A stretch of 64,000 bases of DNA, taken from IMG/VR virus record IMGVR_UViG_3300047445_000186, positions 248,001 to 312,000 of that record, one strand, 5' to 3'. Position numbers and translations under genes: made by a program. A model generated the notes under the pieces. The model ran no database searches and was not told where the DNA came from. It worked only from the letters and a program-made list of their open reading frames with translations. Below are positions 36,718 to 47,223 of this stretch, piece after piece (the first letter of the stretch is position 1; each line of letters begins with the position of its first letter).

Positions 36718-37146
36718 ATGGCAGCAGCAAAGATTGAAAAGCGCGGTACCGACCTCAAGCACGTGTTCCTGATTGACTGGAACGACGATGGTATCTTGAA
36801 GGAAATCGCCGTTGTAAACGAACAGGCAGATGGCACTCTCTTCGGTATCGAAGTTGACCGACTCCATCCAATCGACAAAGCCCGCCTGAAGAAGGTCATC
36901 ACATCCGTTCACGCTGACAAGTACGCCCTCTGGGAACTTCTGTCGCAAGGTCGTCTGAACAACGGCATGAACGCTCTGGACTTCTTCCACGCGAACTATG
37001 TCAAGGTCAAGCGTCCAAAGGGTGCGATGATCGGTGGTGGTCTTGCTTCGATCGAGGTTGATCTCGACGACGGCCGCATGATTGGCTCCAGCTTCTCGAA
37101 CCCACTGGGTGCGACGGTAGCTAGCGAAGTGCCAGCAATGCGCTAA
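36718..37146 (+). CDS. Late hypothetical protein
   Basis: AAGGAG SD; TAAATA 36611; terminator after. Confidence 0.75.
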   Translation: MAAAKIEKRGTDLKHVFLIDWNDDGILKEIAVVNEQADGTLFGIEVDRLHPIDKARLKKVITSVHADKYALWELLSQGRLNNGMNALDFFHANYVKVKRPKGAMIGGGLASIEVDLDDGRMIGSSFSNPLGATVASEVPAMR

Positions 37147-37169
37147 CCTGATCCCGAAATCAGGCTAAG

Positions 37170-37200
37170 AAGGGGTCGCTATGCGACCCCTTTGTGTTTT
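37170..37200 (+). terminator. Intrinsic terminator
   Basis: AGGGGTCGC-TAT-GCGACCCCT followed by T-rich run. Confidence 0.85.
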
Positions 37201-37306
37201 AGAATCACAGTTCTAACAAACTTAGGAGATGCCAGGCAATACACATCGGCTCGTATAATGAGTCACCACCTGAAACTACGGTGAGCAATCACCCAACTCT
37301 AAAGGA

Positions 37307-37954
37307 GTGCACCACATGTACAAGACCCTTGCGGCGCTCGGCGTCGTTCTAGCTCTTGTTTCCTCAGCCGCCTATCAAATGGTCGGCCTTCTCCCTGAGC
37401 CAAAGGCCAATACGGTCCTGGCTGAGAAGTCATCTGTTATCCTCGGTGGTCAGGCCGCCGTTCTAGTCCCCGACAATCTGTCGACGAGTCAGTACCAAGT
37501 GCTGAACACGGCGTACCAGATTGCAAAAGCGGATGGACACAAAAACCCTGAACTTGTTCAGGGGATTCTGCTCCAAGAATCCAAAGCCGGTGCGATGAAC
37601 TCGTACAAGGTCGCCGGGAATAAAGGCGACGAATACTACGGCCTCGGCCAGATCAAGCTTGCGGCCACACGCGACGTGATGGCGACCTTCCCCGCTCTGT
37701 GGGCGAAATACAAGTTCCAAACGAAAACCGACGACGAGCTGAAAGCGAATCTGATCTTGAACCAGACGTTCAACATCGAGATCACGTCGAAGTACCTTAA
37801 GATGTTACAGGAGCGATACGGTCTTTCCGGCCGGCAACTCGTGAATGCTTATAATCGTGGTCCAGGCGGCGTGAAGAACGTGGACTCCTCGTTCCATTAC
37901 GCCATTGGTGTCGAAAAGAACATCGCGAACATGCGAAAGAAGAAGGACAGTTAA
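37307..37954 (+). CDS. SLT-like lytic transglycosylase with N-terminal signal/anchor
   Basis: ILLQES (catalytic Glu), GLGQI, AYNRGPG; hydrophobic N-terminus. Confidence 0.85.
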   Translation: MHHMYKTLAALGVVLALVSSAAYQMVGLLPEPKANTVLAEKSSVILGGQAAVLVPDNLSTSQYQVLNTAYQIAKADGHKNPELVQGILLQESKAGAMNSYKVAGNKGDEYYGLGQIKLAATRDVMATFPALWAKYKFQTKTDDELKANLILNQTFNIEITSKYLKMLQERYGLSGRQLVNAYNRGPGGVKNVDSSFHYAIGVEKNIANMRKKKDS

Positions 37955-38388
37955 TGCCAGCAAAACTGAGACCGAGGTTGATCATGCAGGACTCGTGCTG
38001 CGTTTGCGGCAGCGAGAACATCGAGACGGTCGTGAGCGATCGCTCGTCATGGGGAAAGGTTCGCCTCGGTTGCCAGCACACTCGGTGCAACGACTGCGGC
38101 TTTGAAGCTACGAGCGGCGAGCAGAGCGCGTACAACGATAAGTGCGAGGTCGTTGAGATCTGCGGACCGTTCAAGCCGATCGAGATCGGCACCGTGCACA
38201 ACGCGAACGCGTACTTCGATTGGAGCTGGTTAGGATGCGGCTTCGGCCAGCTCTCGTTCAGCAAGGACAAGGAAACTGGCGAGCTAACATGCATGAACGA
38301 GTGCATGGGTCGCGAGGCGGTCCGGAAGCTGCTGCACGCGTTCGCTGATCACTTGGCAGACAACGTTCGTCTTCTCGACGAGCGGTGA
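37954..38388 (+). CDS. Hypothetical protein with CxxC motifs
   Basis: CCVCGS..CNDCG. Confidence 0.6.
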   Translation: MPAKLRPRLIMQDSCCVCGSENIETVVSDRSSWGKVRLGCQHTRCNDCGFEATSGEQSAYNDKCEVVEICGPFKPIEIGTVHNANAYFDWSWLGCGFGQLSFSKDKETGELTCMNECMGREAVRKLLHAFADHLADNVRLLDER

Positions 38389-38403
38389 ATATAGAGGCAT
38401 TAG

Positions 38404-38505
38404 ATGGCAAATAGCGCGCACAAAGTTCCTGGGGACGTTCTGACCCGCGTCCTCGTTGCAGTGGTGATCGGTATCTGGTGCTTCGTGCTCTACCGAGCTT
38501 TGTAA
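38404..38505 (+). CDS. Possible 33-aa membrane peptide (not in track)
   Basis: GAGG SD; VLVAVVIGIWCFVLYRAL. Confidence 0.4.
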   Translation: MANSAHKVPGDVLTRVLVAVVIGIWCFVLYRAL

Positions 38506-38580
38506 CAGATTCCTGCGCCGTTACAGATTGACCCGGCGGATGTTGTACAATCACCCATCGACAACGAAACGGAGTACAGC

Positions 38581-38799
38581 ATGAACGGAACCGCAGCAAA
38601 GTTTGTTCGCTTCGAGCGCAAGAACGGGAAGCTCGCCCTCGTGTACGATGTGATGAACAAGACCGGTGAATATGTGATGGCACAGTTCACCACGTCCCCG
38701 CAGTTCCGCTCGATCGGAGCAGCTCGGAAAGCGATCGTCCGCGTCGATGCAGCGCTCGCCAAGACCGGCGCTTTCCCGAACTGCTGCGCCTGGTTCTGA
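38581..38799 (+). CDS. Small early hypothetical protein
   Basis: TACAAT 38546, GGAG SD. Confidence 0.7.
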   Translation: MNGTAAKFVRFERKNGKLALVYDVMNKTGEYVMAQFTTSPQFRSIGAARKAIVRVDAALAKTGAFPNCCAWF

Positions 38800-38800
38800 A

Positions 38801-39163
38801 ATGACAGCACGATACGTTGAAGTCGATCGTGCTGCTTTCCGCGCAGCACTCGAATCCGCCGGGTTCACGCCCGACCCCGAAGCAGTCGGAGAGCTGGTGT
38901 ACGTTCGCCAGCACCACAAGGATCCGACGATGTTCGTGAAGATCTTCACGTCGCTTCCGCTGAACGCCGGGAACGCTCGCCCACCGGGTGCCGACGCGAT
39001 TCGCGTCCTGCTGATCTTCAAGAACAGCCAGACCGGAAAGTCTGGCTGCCTATACAAGACCTCCCGCGTGTACCGGACTGGTTCCCAAGAAGCCGTCATT
39101 CGTCGCACGATCGATCGCGCTCGCGAAGCGTACGGCGAAGGCAATCGTCGAGCCAATCGCTGA
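38801..39163 (+). CDS. Hypothetical protein
   Basis: Follows previous stop directly; GADAIRV motif. Confidence 0.7.
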   Translation: MTARYVEVDRAAFRAALESAGFTPDPEAVGELVYVRQHHKDPTMFVKIFTSLPLNAGNARPPGADAIRVLLIFKNSQTGKSGCLYKTSRVYRTGSQEAVIRRTIDRAREAYGEGNRRANR

Positions 39164-39185
39164 TCACTCCTCGGCGACACCAGAG

Positions 39186-39209
39186 AAGCCCGGTTCATCC
39201 GGGCTTTTT
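39186..39209 (+). terminator. Intrinsic terminator
   Basis: AAGCCCGG-TTCAT-CCGGGCTT-TTT. Confidence 0.8.
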
Positions 39210-39279
39210 GGGCTTTAGAGTCATACTTCTCGCTGCTAAATAGTCCTCAGAGGGCCACGTCGTGGCCGCAGAGGACTCC

Positions 39280-40503
39280 ATGACATCTCCGGTCGATACA
39301 TCCGTCAAATCTTTCGATAGCACCATGCTCGGTGCTCCAGCCCTGAGTGGTACTGCTGGCACCACAATTGGCGTGCTTGATGCTTGCTTGGTGAACGGGT
39401 TCGACACACGTGCTGCTTCATCTATCGTTGTTTCAGGTGGTGTGGCTACGGTGAGCTACTCGGGTGCAGTGCACTCAGCTCGGTTGAACAGCGTTATTCT
39501 CGTGTCTGGCGTGACTGACATCACGTCGTTGAATGGTGAACAGAAGATCACGGCAGTCGGTTCTGGCTTCGTGAAGTTCGCGACAGCGGCCTCGCCAGGT
39601 ACCGCAACCGGCACGATCTCGTTTAAGATGGCTCCACTCGGATGGGTGAAGCCCTTCAATGGTACCAATATCGGCGTGTACCAGTCGAGTGACATCACGT
39701 CAACAAAGTGCTACCTTCGCGTTGACGATACTGGTACCCAGACATGCCGCGTTATGGGGTACGAAACCATGACTGACGTGAACACTGGACTTGGTGGATT
39801 CCCGCTGTCTGGTCAGATTCTTGGTCCTGTCACAGGTGGTGGTTGGTGGTACAAGAGCGCTCAGGTCAACTCGACCCCAGTTGTGTGGTCTATTCACGGT
39901 GACGGCAAGATCTTCTACATCAACATTCAGATGGGAACTAGCACGAACGCCTCGTATCAAATGACGTCTGGGCGTGTGTTCGGTGATCCAATTCCGTACA
40001 GACCTGGCGGCGATCCATACTGCTGCATTTTGAACTATGCCACTGCATCTGGTGGTATGGCCGGTGGTGTTGGAAATACGTACAGCTCATCTGCAAATTG
40101 CTCATTCGCGACACCTCGCGATTTCACTGGAATTGGATCCGCAGTTGGGAACTTCTTGATGCAGTTCGGAATCCCAGTAGGCTCTAACTCAAATTCAGGA
40201 ATTACGAACTTGGCTGGGGCATTCCCATCGTACATCGATGGAAGTCTTTGGTTGTTCCAGAAATTTCTTGCCGCAACTTCAACTGGCATGCCGCGGGCGC
40301 TCATGCCAGGTCTTTATATTTGCGGGCAGTCTAGCATCTATAACAACTTTAAGCAGGGCGATACGACCCCAGGCACAGGTGCTCTTGCTGGTCGATGGCT
40401 ACGTGCAGCAACGTCAAATGATGATGCAACCGTGCCGAACACGGCAAGCACAACGGCGAACACAGGTATCATTTTCTTTGATGACACTGGGCCGTGGAGA
40501 TAA
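39280..40503 (+). CDS. Tail-fibre-associated structural protein, paralog A1
   Basis: MTSPVDTSVK..LDACLVNG..APLGW..DDTGPWR; late promoter 39237. Confidence 0.75.
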   Translation: MTSPVDTSVKSFDSTMLGAPALSGTAGTTIGVLDACLVNGFDTRAASSIVVSGGVATVSYSGAVHSARLNSVILVSGVTDITSLNGEQKITAVGSGFVKFATAASPGTATGTISFKMAPLGWVKPFNGTNIGVYQSSDITSTKCYLRVDDTGTQTCRVMGYETMTDVNTGLGGFPLSGQILGPVTGGGWWYKSAQVNSTPVVWSIHGDGKIFYINIQMGTSTNASYQMTSGRVFGDPIPYRPGGDPYCCILNYATASGGMAGGVGNTYSSSANCSFATPRDFTGIGSAVGNFLMQFGIPVGSNSNSGITNLAGAFPSYIDGSLWLFQKFLAATSTGMPRALMPGLYICGQSSIYNNFKQGDTTPGTGALAGRWLRAATSNDDATVPNTASTTANTGIIFFDDTGPWR

Positions 40504-40506
40504 ACA

Positions 40507-42720
40507 ATGGCTGCGCATCGATACTGGCGCATCACTGGTCTTGAGGCCTTTGCAGGTGCAGATCTTGAACTGAGTGAATTTCAGCTCCTGAACGGTGCCA
40601 CTCGCGTTGATGCGTCTGCAACGCTCACATGCTCAAACTCACCAGCAATTGGCGCAGTTGCGAACATCCAAGATAACAATCTGAGCACGTCTGCGTACTG
40701 GCAAAAGGCATCTCTTGTCGGGCTTACGCTGAACTGGGACTTTGGTGGATCGCCGACTCAGGTGAATGATATTCGGATTGCTGGTGGTGACAGCGCACTG
40801 ACGTTCCCGCTGTATGCTCGGCTAGAGTACTCGGACGATAACGTTGCGTGGATCGTGCAGTACACGTACGGTGGTATCACCTGGCCAGGCCCGCGCACGC
40901 TGACTTCATCTGGGACATTCTTGACTAATGGCGGGGTATGCACCTGCTTGTTGCACTTCGACGGTGTGAACGGTGCTACCACAACAACTGACAGCAGCTC
41001 AATCGGGGCGACCGTCACGTTCAACGCGATGGCAATTTCCACGACCTTGTCGATCTATGGTGGCTCTTCACTGTCTCAAACTGGAGCTCGCGGGTACATT
41101 AGTCTACCAGCTAATACTGCGTACGTGCCAGCGGGCGATTTCTGTATCCAGGGCTGGTTCCGAAATGCTGCAGCGGGTGGCGGCAGTACCCTTGTTTTGT
41201 ACGTCAAGGGATCAATTTCGGTCTATTCTTACTTGGTATTTGTGAATGGCAACGGGTATCTGCAGGCCAACATCTTCGGCACCGGCGGCAGCGTTGCGCT
41301 GCTCGCCCCTTCACTATGGGCAACAAATACCTGGTGTCATGTTGCGGTGACTAGACAAGGTAACGTTTTTAGACTGTTCGTGAATGGTTTAATTGTAAGC
41401 ATAATCACGGCGCCGAGTTCATTTGGCGCCTTAGTCGCTAGCGCAGGTCCCCTCAGTCTCGCTAATGACACGGCGGGGACATATGGTTGGGGCGCTGTTC
41501 CTGGCTATATCGACGAATTTCAAATCATTAATGGCGCGGCAATTTACACGCAGGCCTTTACTCCGCCAGCCGCCCCCTCAACTGCTACCGCAATTGACCA
41601 AGTTCAAGGTATTCTTCAGAACCTCGGCGGTGGCCGCGTAGCGAGCGGGAACAATCTCGTTCTCCCAAGCGTGATTGGGAGTTCCCTGGCGTCATATGGC
41701 GCGAGCAGTCAACCGCCGAGCGCGTTCATTCGTGGTCGAAGAGACTACGTGTACAACGCGAATGGATACCAAGGTCTCATTGACGGGATCGTCGATTACA
41801 AGGCGACCCCGTTTAATGTGCCTGTCTCGCGGCGCGTCCGGCTTCACCGACAGGCAGATGGTTTGTTGATCCGCGAAGTGTTCAGTGATCCAATCACTGG
41901 CGAGTACAAGTTTGATTACATTGACGAGACACAGAAATACTTTGTGTGCAGTCTCGATCACACTGGCGCTTTCCGTGCCGTGATCAGCGATAATCTGACA
42001 CCGACAATTATGAGTGGTGCACCGATCGCGTATCCACCTGCGCACTACAGAAGCGTCGGTCCTGTGGCAACGTACCAGGCCGGGCCGGGCACTACAGTTG
42101 TCCCTAGCACTCCTACTGGGATGACTGTTGGTGATCTCATGATTGCCAGCATTGCGAACATGATCTGTACCGTGACGCCTCCAGTAGGATGGACATTGGT
42201 GAATTCGTACAGCATGAATAATGGCGCAAACACCCAACAGGTTATGCTAAGTGTGTACAGCAAGTATGCGACCTCTGCAGACGTTGCTATTGCGGCGCAT
42301 ACTTTCAGTTTCAGCGCCACGAGTACACAGGGCGCAACTGGAGTTATCACCGCGTTCTACAACCCAGCAGGGCTTCCAGTTGTTGTTGACACGTCTGCAG
42401 TGAACGGGTATTTGGTCGGGAATGCATCCACCCCACCACAGCAGTCGCAGACGATGATTTTCACGCCAATGCGAGTAACGAACAATAATTCGCACATCAT
42501 GCTCGTTACCGCTCAAGCGTTCATGGGTACAACGTTCAATGCAGGCACAGGTCTGATTCTCAGAGCAGGAAGTACAGCAGGCGGGATCGGTGTCTGCACA
42601 GGTACCAGCAATCTGCAAAGCGGGTATGAGAACGGCGTTGGGTACAATGGGTACATGATGACATGGAATAACGTCGCGACGCAGCCGGCGATCGGCATTG
42701 GTCTGATTTTGACGACATAA
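40507..42720 (+). CDS. Tail fibre / receptor-binding protein B1 with LamG-like domain
   Basis: MAAHRYWR start; WCHVAVTRQGNVFRLFVNG..GYIDE. Confidence 0.75.
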   Translation: MAAHRYWRITGLEAFAGADLELSEFQLLNGATRVDASATLTCSNSPAIGAVANIQDNNLSTSAYWQKASLVGLTLNWDFGGSPTQVNDIRIAGGDSALTFPLYARLEYSDDNVAWIVQYTYGGITWPGPRTLTSSGTFLTNGGVCTCLLHFDGVNGATTTTDSSSIGATVTFNAMAISTTLSIYGGSSLSQTGARGYISLPANTAYVPAGDFCIQGWFRNAAAGGGSTLVLYVKGSISVYSYLVFVNGNGYLQANIFGTGGSVALLAPSLWATNTWCHVAVTRQGNVFRLFVNGLIVSIITAPSSFGALVASAGPLSLANDTAGTYGWGAVPGYIDEFQIINGAAIYTQAFTPPAAPSTATAIDQVQGILQNLGGGRVASGNNLVLPSVIGSSLASYGASSQPPSAFIRGRRDYVYNANGYQGLIDGIVDYKATPFNVPVSRRVRLHRQADGLLIREVFSDPITGEYKFDYIDETQKYFVCSLDHTGAFRAVISDNLTPTIMSGAPIAYPPAHYRSVGPVATYQAGPGTTVVPSTPTGMTVGDLMIASIANMICTVTPPVGWTLVNSYSMNNGANTQQVMLSVYSKYATSADVAIAAHTFSFSATSTQGATGVITAFYNPAGLPVVVDTSAVNGYLVGNASTPPQQSQTMIFTPMRVTNNNSHIMLVTAQAFMGTTFNAGTGLILRAGSTAGGIGVCTGTSNLQSGYENGVGYNGYMMTWNNVATQPAIGIGLILTT

Positions 42721-42769
42721 CGGGAGGGCTAAATAGTCCTCAGAGACCACTGCAGGTCTGAGGCTATTC

Positions 42770-43975
42770 ATGACATCTCCAGTAGATACATCCGTAAAAT
42801 CATTCGACTACTCAATGTTGGGAGCGGCTGCCCTGAGCGGCACGGTCGGCTCGTTGTTGCCAATTCTTGACCAATGCCTGGTGAATGGGTTTGACACTCG
42901 AGCAGCGTCAAGCATTGTCGTTTTTGGCGGGATCGCGACAGTAAGCTACACCGGCATTACGCACTCTGCGCGTTTGAACTCGGTTATTCTCGTGACTGGT
43001 GTGACTGACCTTACGGCCCTGAACGGAGAACAGAAGGTCACCGCCGTCGGCTTCGGTTTCATTAAGTTCGCAACCAGTGTTGCGAACGGTACCGCGACCG
43101 GTACGATCTCGTTCAAGATGGCTCCACTTGGATGGGCGATTGCGCAGACAGGTACTAATCTTCGCGCGTACAAATCGACCGATGTTACATCGACCGGCTG
43201 CATTCTTCGTGTCGACGACACCGTTGCCACGTCGTGCCGTGTCGTTGGATACGAAAGTATGACCGACATCAATACTGGTCTTGGCGCATTCCCGACTGCT
43301 TCGCAACAGCCTGGCGGCGGGTACTGGGTGAAGAGCATTACGGCCTCGGCGGGTACTGTCCTCTGGTCTATCCATGGGGATGGGAAGGTGTTCTACCTGA
43401 ATGTTCAGCCTGGTAGCGTTTCTGGCGCAGGTTTTCAGATCACTTCTAATCGTATGTTCGGAGACATTATTCCGTTCAAACCGGGTGGTGATCCTTATGC
43501 GTGCGTAATGAACTACTCGATCACGTCAACGATTGGCGCGATGCACGACGCCGGTGTTGGTGGGTCGGCTGTCACTCAGTTCGCTCAACCACGCGACTTC
43601 ACGGGGCTTGGATCAGCGGTGATCTCGTTTATCTACCCGTACAACGGCACGACTCTGAACACAATTTCCGGCATTACCTCGATTGCAGGTCCATTCCCAT
43701 CTCAGGTAGATGGTGGCATTTGGTTGAGCTCAAAGTATCTGAACACCACCACCAGCGTTGGCATGCGTGGTCAGCTTCCAGGCGTATTGCACTGTGGTCA
43801 GAGCGGGGTATGGGCCTCGTTTAAAATGGGTGACACGACGCCCGGCTCTGGCCCCCTCGCCGGGCGTTCGCTGCGCGCTACAACAGCAGGGCACGATACG
43901 ACAGGTAGTAACACCACCTCGTCAACTGCAAACACCGGGATCATGTTCTTCGACGACACTGGGCCTTGGCGATAA
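42770..43975 (+). CDS. Tail-fibre-associated structural protein, paralog A2
   Basis: Colinear with A1; late promoter 42730. Confidence 0.75.
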   Translation: MTSPVDTSVKSFDYSMLGAAALSGTVGSLLPILDQCLVNGFDTRAASSIVVFGGIATVSYTGITHSARLNSVILVTGVTDLTALNGEQKVTAVGFGFIKFATSVANGTATGTISFKMAPLGWAIAQTGTNLRAYKSTDVTSTGCILRVDDTVATSCRVVGYESMTDINTGLGAFPTASQQPGGGYWVKSITASAGTVLWSIHGDGKVFYLNVQPGSVSGAGFQITSNRMFGDIIPFKPGGDPYACVMNYSITSTIGAMHDAGVGGSAVTQFAQPRDFTGLGSAVISFIYPYNGTTLNTISGITSIAGPFPSQVDGGIWLSSKYLNTTTSVGMRGQLPGVLHCGQSGVWASFKMGDTTPGSGPLAGRSLRATTAGHDTTGSNTTSSTANTGIMFFDDTGPWR

Positions 43976-43978
43976 GCA

Positions 43979-46900
43979 ATGGCTACGCACAGATATTGGC
44001 GCGCTAAAAATCTTCAGGCGTACGGCGCAACCGGCCTAGACATCACTGAGTACCAGCTTTTTGTTGGCAGCACACGTGTTGACGGCCCGGCGACGCTCAC
44101 CTCCAACATCGCGCCATCAACTGGTTCATTGTCATATCTGCAGGACGGGCTAGCTACGAACAGCGCAATCTGGCTAGCAGCTGATGTTCCCAAACTCGTG
44201 CTCTCGTGGGACTTTGGTTCGACATCCGGTAACTGGGTTGATGTGAATGACATTCAGCTCGGTGGTGGCGCGCTTCGGCAGAATTTTCTGGCGTTCTCCA
44301 CTCTTCAGTACTCGGATGATGCCAGCACTTGGACAGATGCATTCATTAGCACTACGAACGGCTATGTTGCGGGTGCGTACGCGTGGCCTGGAAGTTTTAC
44401 GGCCACCACGAGTAGACCATTCTCGTACAATAGTCTGACAGTGTTGCTTCACGGTGATGGTACTGACGGTGGGACCACGTTCACGGATAGCTCAACGAAC
44501 GCATTCACGGTCACCCCCACAGCTACAACAACAAGTGCAACGCAGAAAAAGTTTGGTACGACTGCGCTTTCGTTCAATGGCGCGACCTGTAAGCTGTTGA
44601 TCGCGCACAACAATGCGTTGGTTCCGAGTGGAGATTTCTGCATTCAGTGTTACGTATGGGTTGCTTCTGCGACGGCTGCGACTCATCGATTCATCGTGAA
44701 CAAATCGATCTCAAGTGGAGTCTGTCCATACGCATTTGCTGTGATGTCGACAGGTGTGTTGTCTGCTAATTCATACAACGCGGCTGGCACGTCGATGGTG
44801 AACTTCACCGCGACTCAGTTAATCACAGCTCAGACTTGGACACACGTAGCGTTCACACGTCAGGGCTTGATTTACCGTATTTTCATGAATGGTCAAATCG
44901 TTGCGCAGGCAACGGCGCCATCAACTGGCGCGCTGTACAACAACAATACGCACCCGATGTGTATTGGGAACGTGTCAGACAGCATTTACCCTATGTTTGG
45001 AACAGGTGGTACCGGGTACATTGACGAGTTCTCATTTGATGCGAACAACGCTGTGTACACTGCGCCATTCATTCCACCTGCGGCTCCAGGCTCAGGTGGT
45101 GGAATCGTGCTTACGAACAATTTCGCGATCTCATCTCCGACTGAGCCGTCTACGGTAGGAAATGGTGTATCATCGTATGGCGTATCAGCGGTGTCAATTG
45201 CGCCGGAAACGGTCGCAGATGTTATCGCCATGTCAGCGCCAACAGTGTACGGTGTAGCTCCACCTCCAGTTTTCTTTGGTGTCAGCACGACATTGATGCT
45301 CTCATATGGTGCTGGACTGCGAGCGCCTAATAACACGCGTGGTCGAAATGATTTCGTCACTGGTGTTCTCGGCTCTGGCGTCGGACGAATCGACGGTGTT
45401 GTGCAAGTTCCTGGTACGCCAAATCAGCCAGTGAAGCGTCGTGTTCGTCTGTACAGGCAAGAAGACGGATACCTTGTGCGCGAGGCCTGGAGTGATTCAA
45501 GCACTGGGGCGTTCTCATTTGACTACGTTGACGAGAAACAGCTGTACTACATCTGCGCATTTGACCACACGAATGCGTTCGTTGGGCTGATCGCTGACAA
45601 CTTAACGCCATCCCTGCTTGAAACTTCTACTGTTGACGCATACGCAGGTGCTCTGAAGAGACTGATCACGATCACTGGCGCAGGTGGTGCAGGTACAGGA
45701 TACGCTATGTTGTTCAAGATTGGGGAGAGCAGCGGTTCTGCCGGCTCCGATTTCAACCTTGAAGCTGTTACAACGACGTTCCCACTTGATAAGAACATCC
45801 CTGGCGATGTGCAGTTCACTGACGTCAGTGGAAGCCCGCTTCCACAGTGGGTCGAGCAAGTCACCGGGACGGCACCGAATCGTGTTGCATGGTTCTGGGT
45901 TAAAGTTTCGGCCGATCTGAGTACAACGCAGTCGATTTACTGCACGTACCGGAATGGTATGAGCACCGCAAGCAATGGCAATACCGTGTTCCTGTTGTTC
46001 GATGACTTCGATGACGGCACGCTCGATACTGGAAAGTGGTCGAACGTCACTGGATCAGGCAGTTATGTAATCTCCGGTTCTGAATTCGTACTCACCGGTA
46101 CTGGTGTTGGTCGCGCGCTTTATTCGGCCACGACGTTCGGTGATGGAATGGAAGTGGTTGGTAAGGTCGGACCATCGGCTACCTCGCTGAGCTACAACGG
46201 TAAGTTCGGTTTCGAAACGCAGTACATCTTCCAAAATGACTGGGACAGCCAAGGATCATCGGAAGTTGTAGTTGGCCCATCGACTAAGACACAACTTGAC
46301 GCGCGCTATCAGACCACGTATTACAGAATGCGAATCCGGCGTGCGGGTGGCGCAGGTAGCATGTTGGTCAATGACGTGGTGAAGCATACACAAGGTTCTG
46401 GGATTGGGACTTCATCTGTGCCAGTTTGGCTGATGAACGTGTATGACGCCACTGTTGCCGGTAAGGTTGATTGGATCGCAGTCAAGAAGTACATGCTCAC
46501 CGAGCCTACGTACTACTCGGCCGACACCTCCATTCCTGCGGCGACTACCGTGATCAACATGACTTTCGATACCGGGAACGGTTCGACTACGTTCACGGAT
46601 ACTGGTTCACAAGCATCAAGTTGGCAGATCGGTACGGGCGCGGTTCAGTGTTCGACGACAGCGGTTCTTGAAGGCGTTTCATCGCTCTTTGTTCCTGGTG
46701 GTGGCTTCGCCTATCTGTACACTACAGCGTACTCCGCGAACATGCTTCCAGCTACCTCAGACTTCTCGCTGAAATTCAAGGCGCGTTCGTCGTCATGGCT
46801 GCGCTTTGACGCTTCTGGGTGCTATTTGATCTCGATTCAGGGCGCGGTAGGAAATGGAGCAGACACGCAATTCGCGATCGCAACGAATCTGAATACATAT

Positions 46901-47170
46901 CTGGCATTCGCGTATAGTGACGGCACGACGCGTTCAGCAGTGACTGGGACTACTCCTGTCCCGGTGAATGTGACCGTGTCATTCGAGTTCAAGCGAGTAG
47001 GCAGTACACTCTCATTGCTGATGAACGGCGTGCTTCAATGTTCTGCTACTCTGTCTGGCGCGTTGAACGTGCCGTCTGGTCAGCAGTGGCGAATCGGTGC
47101 ACCGGCCGGTGCACAAGGCGGTGCATTTAACGGGATGTATTTCGACTCGCTCTCGCTTACTGTTGGTTAA
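43979..47170 (+). CDS. Tail fibre / receptor-binding protein B2 with LamG-like and DUF2341-like domains
   Basis: MATHRYWR start; WTHVAFTRQG; DVQFTD..LPQWVE..AWFWVKV..IYCTY. Confidence 0.75.
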   Translation: MATHRYWRAKNLQAYGATGLDITEYQLFVGSTRVDGPATLTSNIAPSTGSLSYLQDGLATNSAIWLAADVPKLVLSWDFGSTSGNWVDVNDIQLGGGALRQNFLAFSTLQYSDDASTWTDAFISTTNGYVAGAYAWPGSFTATTSRPFSYNSLTVLLHGDGTDGGTTFTDSSTNAFTVTPTATTTSATQKKFGTTALSFNGATCKLLIAHNNALVPSGDFCIQCYVWVASATAATHRFIVNKSISSGVCPYAFAVMSTGVLSANSYNAAGTSMVNFTATQLITAQTWTHVAFTRQGLIYRIFMNGQIVAQATAPSTGALYNNNTHPMCIGNVSDSIYPMFGTGGTGYIDEFSFDANNAVYTAPFIPPAAPGSGGGIVLTNNFAISSPTEPSTVGNGVSSYGVSAVSIAPETVADVIAMSAPTVYGVAPPPVFFGVSTTLMLSYGAGLRAPNNTRGRNDFVTGVLGSGVGRIDGVVQVPGTPNQPVKRRVRLYRQEDGYLVREAWSDSSTGAFSFDYVDEKQLYYICAFDHTNAFVGLIADNLTPSLLETSTVDAYAGALKRLITITGAGGAGTGYAMLFKIGESSGSAGSDFNLEAVTTTFPLDKNIPGDVQFTDVSGSPLPQWVEQVTGTAPNRVAWFWVKVSADLSTTQSIYCTYRNGMSTASNGNTVFLLFDDFDDGTLDTGKWSNVTGSGSYVISGSEFVLTGTGVGRALYSATTFGDGMEVVGKVGPSATSLSYNGKFGFETQYIFQNDWDSQGSSEVVVGPSTKTQLDARYQTTYYRMRIRRAGGAGSMLVNDVVKHTQGSGIGTSSVPVWLMNVYDATVAGKVDWIAVKKYMLTEPTYYSADTSIPAATTVINMTFDTGNGSTTFTDTGSQASSWQIGTGAVQCSTTAVLEGVSSLFVPGGGFAYLYTTAYSANMLPATSDFSLKFKARSSSWLRFDASGCYLISIQGAVGNGADTQFAIATNLNTYLAFAYSDGTTRSAVTGTTPVPVNVTVSFEFKRVGSTLSLLMNGVLQCSATLSGALNVPSGQQWRIGAPAGAQGGAFNGMYFDSLSLTVG

Positions 47171-47223
47171 CCCGAGCCCATTGCTGGGACGCTCTGCAGT
47201 TGTACACTCGTTACAATTGACAG

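Noticed and set aside
39280-47170. Diversity-generating retroelement or invertible fibre switch
   Set aside because: No RT, no adenine-specific TR/VR pair and no recombinase in the window; paralogs diverge throughout
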